Source: Octopus sinensis (lineage: Eukaryota). Taken from it: a stretch of DNA of 64,000 nucleotides. The stretch lies in contig NC_042997.1 of the NCBI RefSeq assembly GCF_006345805.1, positions 930,001-994,000 of the forward strand, written 5' to 3'. The notes beneath the pieces are model-generated. The model did not search any database. It saw only the letters and a list, made by a program, of their open reading frames with translations, and was not told the origin of the DNA. The position numbers and the translations under genes were made by a program. Positions 58,061-64,000 of this stretch are shown here, piece by piece; positions within the stretch are counted from its first letter, which is position 1, and each line of letters opens with the position of its first letter.

Positions 58061-59714
58061 TATATCAGAACAGACCGATATCAGCTAAAGGTGAACTAAG
58101 AAAAACTATGGTGAAATTTAGAAACTAAAAGGCGAGGCCTGTCCTTTACAAGAATTATTTGTAGAAAGTTTGTAATATTCAAAACTATTGTACATTCATA
58201 TTTATAAACAATATTTTTATGTAATCAGTTCCCGTTAAACGGACAATTATCCTCTACAATGCCGATAAATTTTATATATTCTTCCAAATCCGTTTATTAT
58301 TATCGACTACGTTACGTAAGCTATGGTTTTGCCTATAATTCAGGCCCTTTAAATAATTATTGATCTAATGACTGAATGAAGTACTAATACAATCATTATT
58401 TAGATTTTCTTTTCCAGCAGGTTCATTTTCATCACTTATATCAGTCACTCTGATTTACCTTTTGACTATGGAACACCCAGTCTATACACGTATCAATAAT
58501 CTCATTGGCTAATTTGTTTACTGCTTTTTTTTTCTACGGGCTCTTAGCTGTTTAAGTGTGTACATTTCCTTATTTCCACTTTGTGGATCCAGCTTTGTAG
58601 TTCTGGATCCAACGATATTTGATTTACCCGATGTTAGAATGCTACAATTTAGATCTATCTTGATCAGGATAGTTATTATGGATAAACAACTCATCATAAT
58701 GTATATTTATGAGTATGCGTGTTTACGCACTTATATGTTCCATTTTCATTAGCAGGCAAATAATGATTGTCTTATAATCATTGGTACTTTAGCAATGACC
58801 CACAAGAAAACACTAATCAATTATGTCCTCGATCCCTATAAGTCATGGCATTGTTTGTCTTCAAGGATGGCTACTTATAGGTCAATGGTAAGCTAGATTT
58901 TTCTCTTTATAAGCTACGCCACGTAACGAATGTTTTACCAGACATTTTGAAAGCACTTCTATGATAGAGAGGATCAATTCAGCAGAGGTCATAATTTGGG
59001 TTGTAAAGATGTTATCCGTTTAAAATCTCCTTATATCATTTCCGAGCCAAATATCTTAAAATTATCAAACAAAATATCTTGTCTGTGACGGCAATAGCGA
59101 TCACATTAGATGTTTTAAAATTAGAAATACTATAAGCTGTTTATGAATATGCAGCTTCTCCGACAGGCACCATCTCCCAGGGGATTATCTAAACGTCTGG
59201 AGTATGGAGCAGCTCTATGGACAGTGGTCGATGGGAGAAATAAACGAACAGTCATGTTCTTGATGGGGAAGATTCAAACAGAATCCAGAGAGGAAATTCG
59301 AGTTTATGAGGTATATCTTTTCATGGATATAATTACATTTTAAACAGATTTTCTTAAGCTCATTCTAATTTTATCGATAGCAAAATCCATTCATGGGAGG
59401 TAAGAATATACAACCACCATCACCCCAAATATGCGAGAGGAGATCTATTTCCCTGCCTGTGTCACAGATAATCATAAAATGTCACTCACCACAATTCCAA
59501 AGTATTTTCTATTCCAGCACCTTATAGTGAGTCTACCCCAATATTATCTAGTCATAAAGGCTATAGCGTAACAATGTGTCTGTGGTATAATTCTGCTACC
59601 TTACATAATTGTTCTATTGGTGTTGCTGACCGTTGCATAGAGTTCGTTGAAATGTAGCGCCTCCAGAAAAAAATACATACATAGTTGAACTGGAGCAGAA
59701 AGCAGTCATAATAT

Positions 59715-59930
59715 CGGTTTCAAATTTTGGCACAAGGCAAGAAAATTCGAGGCAGGGGTTAAGTAGATAACATCAACCCCAGTTCCCAACTTGTACTATT
59801 TTATCAACCCCGAAACGATGACAGGCAAAGTCTACCTCAGCGGAATTTGAATTCAGAACGTAAAGCCAGACAAAATGCCACTAAGTACTTTGTCTGGCGT
59901 GCTAACGTATCTGCCAGCTCACCGCCTTCA
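59715..59930 (-). mobile_element. tRNA-derived SINE (family of 6240-6452)
   Basis: Minus strand GGCGGTGAGCTGGCAGATACGTTAGCACGCC...GAATTCAAATTCCGC. Confidence 0.75.
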
Positions 59931-60371
59931 AAGAAGTCATAATATCGTAATCGGTAAATTTGCGACAGGCTGTGTTTTCAATGCCATGTATCCTCTTGCT
60001 TACATCAAAAGTGTAGTTGAAATGGTCTAAACGCATAATACTTTCTTAGATTAATAACATCAAGAATGCGCTTGGGAACTTTGTTTAGTTTAGTTATGGA
60101 AATCACCATTGGGCTTGGAATGCAATTTGGAATTGTGGTTCTTATGAGTAAACTGGGATGCATAAAGGAGTTCTACGTAATCTGCTCTTTCAAATAGTGG
60201 CTATTCTTCTGAATTCGGTGCTTATAGCAAATTCCTATACATATATCCTCAAAACAATATTTTAAGTGCTTTATTCTTTTTCATCTTGTAAAGTACGCAT
60301 GTACAAATGCATGGATACATACATACATACGTACATACATACATATATACATAGATACATAGATAGATACA

Positions 60372-60461
<90 letters not shown>

Positions 60462-60512
60462 TATATATAATAATATATATATATATATATATATAATATA
60501 TATATATAATAT

Positions 60513-60544
<32 letters not shown>

Positions 60545-60559
60545 ATATAATATATATAT

Positions 60560-62450
60560 CTGCCGAAAGACATTACCAAAAGTCAACCATGAATGTTGGA
60601 AAGATAAAAAGGAATGTACATAACTAATTCGTGAGAAAATCTAGCACAAGCAAAACACGATAACTCAAAAGATGTTTTCTAACATTTGAAGAATCTCCAA
60701 TGATAATATACTGCAAAGGCTAACAGTATCAAATCACAAGAGGGAATAGTCTTACCTGGAGGAAAACGGGTAAATCGAAAGTGGCTAGAATACACCAAGA
60801 AATTGTATGATGGGTGAAAAGATTTAGAGAAGGAACCTGAACTACAAAGTAGTGAGGTAGAGATACCCTCGGAAAAGACAAAAAACAGAGCGGAAAGCAC
60901 CAGATCTGGAAACAGTGCCAAATTAAGTGATCAAAAGTGCAGGAAAGAAAGCTATAACACTACTTAACAACGTCTGATGTAAGATTTGGAGAGAGGAAGA
61001 GTGGCCTTCAGATTGGTTCATAGCAGAATATGTACCCATACAAAAACTGGGACACCTGTTTATGTATGAGAATTTTCAAATCGCTTTGATACCACATGTA
61101 AGTAAAGTACTTTTGGTCGTTGTTCTAGAACGCCTGTAACTATTCCTTGAACATGAAATGGCTAAAGGACAGGCTGGCTTTAGAAGCGGGTGTGGAACAA
61201 AAGATCATCTGCACAATCTGCAAAGAATTTTAGCGATGATAAAAGCACACAACATCACAACTTCCATTTGCTACACTGATAGCAGAAAGGTCTTTGATTG
61301 TGCAATTTATAACCACATGTGACGCATCATGCCTCATCTCAGCATTCCGAAACATCTTACCAGGCTCATGAAGTGGCTTTATATTTAGCATGAGTCCTGT
61401 ATTCGAGTAAATAATGAAACTACAGAAAGTTTCAAAAACAGGAAAAGTGTTAATCAGGTTTGTATAACATATGGCATATGTCAGTATATGGCATTCCAGA
61501 AGATTAGTTATTGCCATTGCAAAGACATACGAGAAGACGAGAGCTCGTATGTTTTCATCTGCTGGAGAAACGAAATTCTTTCAAATATTAGCTGGTGTGC
61601 TACTAGGAGATATGCTTGCATCTTATCTGTTTGCAATTGTTTTGGATTATACAATGCGGGAGGCTGTAGGTAACAGTGACGAAAAGCTTGGTTTAATCAT
61701 TAACGCGCAAAGATCAGGCAGAGTATCAGCAATAAACATCCCTAACCTGGATTTCGAAGATGACATAACACACATATCTAATGAAATAGACCAAGCACAG
61801 TAGTTGCTCAGCTGAGTAGAAACATCAGCTGCTAAGTTAGGATTGCATACAAATATCAAGGAAACGAACTATATGTTTTACTACCAAGCGAGTAGTACTG
61901 AACTGTTTGTTCTGAGAGACTCCAATTTGAACGTTACTGAAGATTTCAAGTGCTTAGTTGTTTGTGCGAGCAGTTCGGAAGCTTACATCAAGATGAAAAA
62001 GGCAAAAGCATTGACGAGCTGTCACAAACTAAAGAAAGTTTGGAACTCTAGGCGGCCCAGGCAAATCAAAATCAAGCTGTTAATTGCAACTGTCGAAACA
62101 GTGCTATTATATGGCACTGACAAACGGGCTAAATGGATGCTACATAAGGATGTTTCGAATGGCTCTCAATGTGAAATGGCAGCAACATATAACTAAAGAA
62201 TGTCTTATGGAGATATACCGAAAGTTAGTGAGAAGATTAGGTAAAGGCGGTTGCGAATATTTGGTTACTTTGTGCGCCATCCTGAACTAGAAAAATCCAA
62301 ATTAGTTTTATAAACAGACTTCCTGGTGAGGTAAGAAGAGGAAATCGTCGTCACACTTACATCGACAACCACATTATAAACAGTGGCCTAGTATGTATCT
62401 ACGAAATGGAGGCAGTGACGATGGACCGAGAGGTGTGACAGGTAGACTTT
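60560..62450 (+). mobile_element. RTE-clade LINE relic(s)
   Basis: KIWREEEWPSDW, IALIPHVSKV, QAGFRSG, GVLLGDMLASYLFAIVLD, DFEDD; many stops and frameshifts, possibly two fused fragments. Confidence 0.65.
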
Positions 62451-62489
62451 GTTGCTGCAGCCCAGGTTGCCGCATCTTTATATATATGT

Positions 62490-62837
62490 GTGTCTGTCTC
62501 CTACGATTTAGATTCCTAACTACTCCCACATTTTGCGGTGCAGTTCAACCAAAACCGGTTATCTTATAGTCATGATTCATATTGAGCCCTTCTGGGTATT
62601 AGCGCGCGTCTACGATGAGTCTACGATTTAAAAAAAAAATTACATCATTTTTTTTCCATTTTATTGCATTTTCCCGCTATTATATAAAGGAAGTAACTCT
62701 CTAAAAATGTCTACGATAAGTCAACGATTAAAAAAAAAAATACCATCATGTTTTTACTATTTTTGGCTATAACTCTCTAAAATGCTTATATAGTTATTTC
62801 CCTTACAAACCCGAGCAACGCCTGCGATACTGCTAGT
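62490..62837 (+). mobile_element. Probable non-autonomous Helitron 3' portion
   Basis: Ends CCCGAGCAACGCCTGCGATACTG-CTAG-T (imperfect GC hairpin, CTAG, T). Internal ~100-bp duplication GTCTACGAT.AGTC.ACGATT(A)n. Confidence 0.45.
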
Positions 62838-63354
62838 TTAAAATTAAAATTAGGGCACGTGAAGCCATGGCAAGCACGTTAATAACATGTGTAGCAGCAA
62901 ATGAGTCCCAACCAAGTTAAAAAGAATGCTAGTTACAGCGCTTATTTGGACAAGTTAGACTTATAATTGAGAAACATAGAGTTTGAACAAATTTGAAGAG
63001 AATATCATCAGCGCGTTCAAATCATAAGTTAATACGGGAATGTTACGTGTCTCTTACAAGGACCAGAGGACAGATGAATGAGTGTTAAAACAAGTAGGTG
63101 AAAGACGACAACGCCTGAATATTATGAAACGAATCAAAACTCATATAGCCATAAAAGTGTGGCCACACTGGAAGACGCAGTGGTCTGAAAAATATTATCA
63201 TGGAAGGATGACAAAAGTGGCAAGGCCACAGGAAAATGTTAACTTAATCAAGGAGACACTTGTTGTTGTGTCGTCAATGCGCTGCAGGCGTACCATACAT
63301 GACGTGATTTATATACATGCTTATGTATTTAATATATATATATACGTAATGTAT

Positions 63355-63615
63355 GCACCTGTGTAGTAAGTTTGTTTCCCAATCACGTAGTCCCAGGTTC
63401 AGGTCAACTGCATGATACTTTTGGCAAGAGTCTAGTACTGTAGATTCGGTCGTCGGGCGAAGCCTTGCCAGTGGCTTTTGTCGTCGATGTCTTATATATA
63501 TATATATATATATTATACGTCCCCGTAACTTAGCGGTTTCAGGCGCAAAAATAGTAAAAATTCCCAGGCGTTGCCCCAGCATGGGCGCGGCTTTACTAAC
63601 TGAAACAGGTAAGAG
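63355..63615 (+). mobile_element. Degenerate SINE (family of 29792)
   Basis: Similar head, CGTCCCCGTAACTTAGCGG body and CCCCAGCATGG...CTGAAAC tail. Confidence 0.6.
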
Positions 63616-63640
63616 ATATTAGATAAAATAAAACATAACG

Positions 63641-63742
<102 letters not shown>

Positions 63743-64000
63743 TGTGTATGTGTGTGTGTGTGTATTTACGCACATAAGTATATAAATATGTGTGTGAGTG
63801 TGTGTGTGTCTCCCTATATACATATGTATGTATACGTATGAGCTTATGTCACGCAAATTTTGTATTATGAAAATGCATTGAAAAATATTTAATTTCCCGT
63901 GGTTACTATGCATTTCTGTTGAAATATCACTTCGTGTCAATATATTTTCTCTAACCTAATTTTCAATTGATCATCTATCTCTCTTACCTACTACTTTCTC

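Noticed and set aside
59143-59343. 66-aa non-repetitive ORF that could be a host exon
   Set aside because: No recognisable domain and no convincing splice context; cannot be supported without homology or RNA data.

Overview
This is AT-rich, microsatellite-saturated eukaryotic repeat DNA. The SINE families, (TA)n/(CTAT)n/(TAA)n load and LINE content suggest a cephalopod (Octopus-like) genome; that assignment is inference, not shown by the sequence. No intact host protein-coding gene, rRNA, true tRNA or CRISPR array is supported, and most ORFs in the track are translations of microsatellites. Recognisable content: a decayed near-full-length CR1-group LINE plus two fragments, six R4/Dong-like LINE pieces beside (TAA)n, a degenerate HERO-like LINE, Tx1/L1-like and RTE-like relics, two decayed mariner elements, Penelope-like (PLE) RT and GIY-YIG fragments, four tRNA-derived SINE families and a probable Helitron 3' end. 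The main finding is a set of ORF-less elements embedded in (TA)n that carry type I hammerhead ribozyme (HHR) folds, read by eye. Two unrelated ~470-485 bp tandem arrays (226-1810, 18632-20970) have one HHR per full unit and fold back on themselves. A third family has a minimal HHR (29385-29442) and a fourth a degenerate one (12582-12632). One HHR copy lies beside a PLE RT fragment. Two short snap-back palindromes of related sequence share the arrays' polarity. The best reading is a retrozyme-like / PLE-terminal-repeat system. Ribozyme activity, transcription and freedom from assembly artefact are untested.
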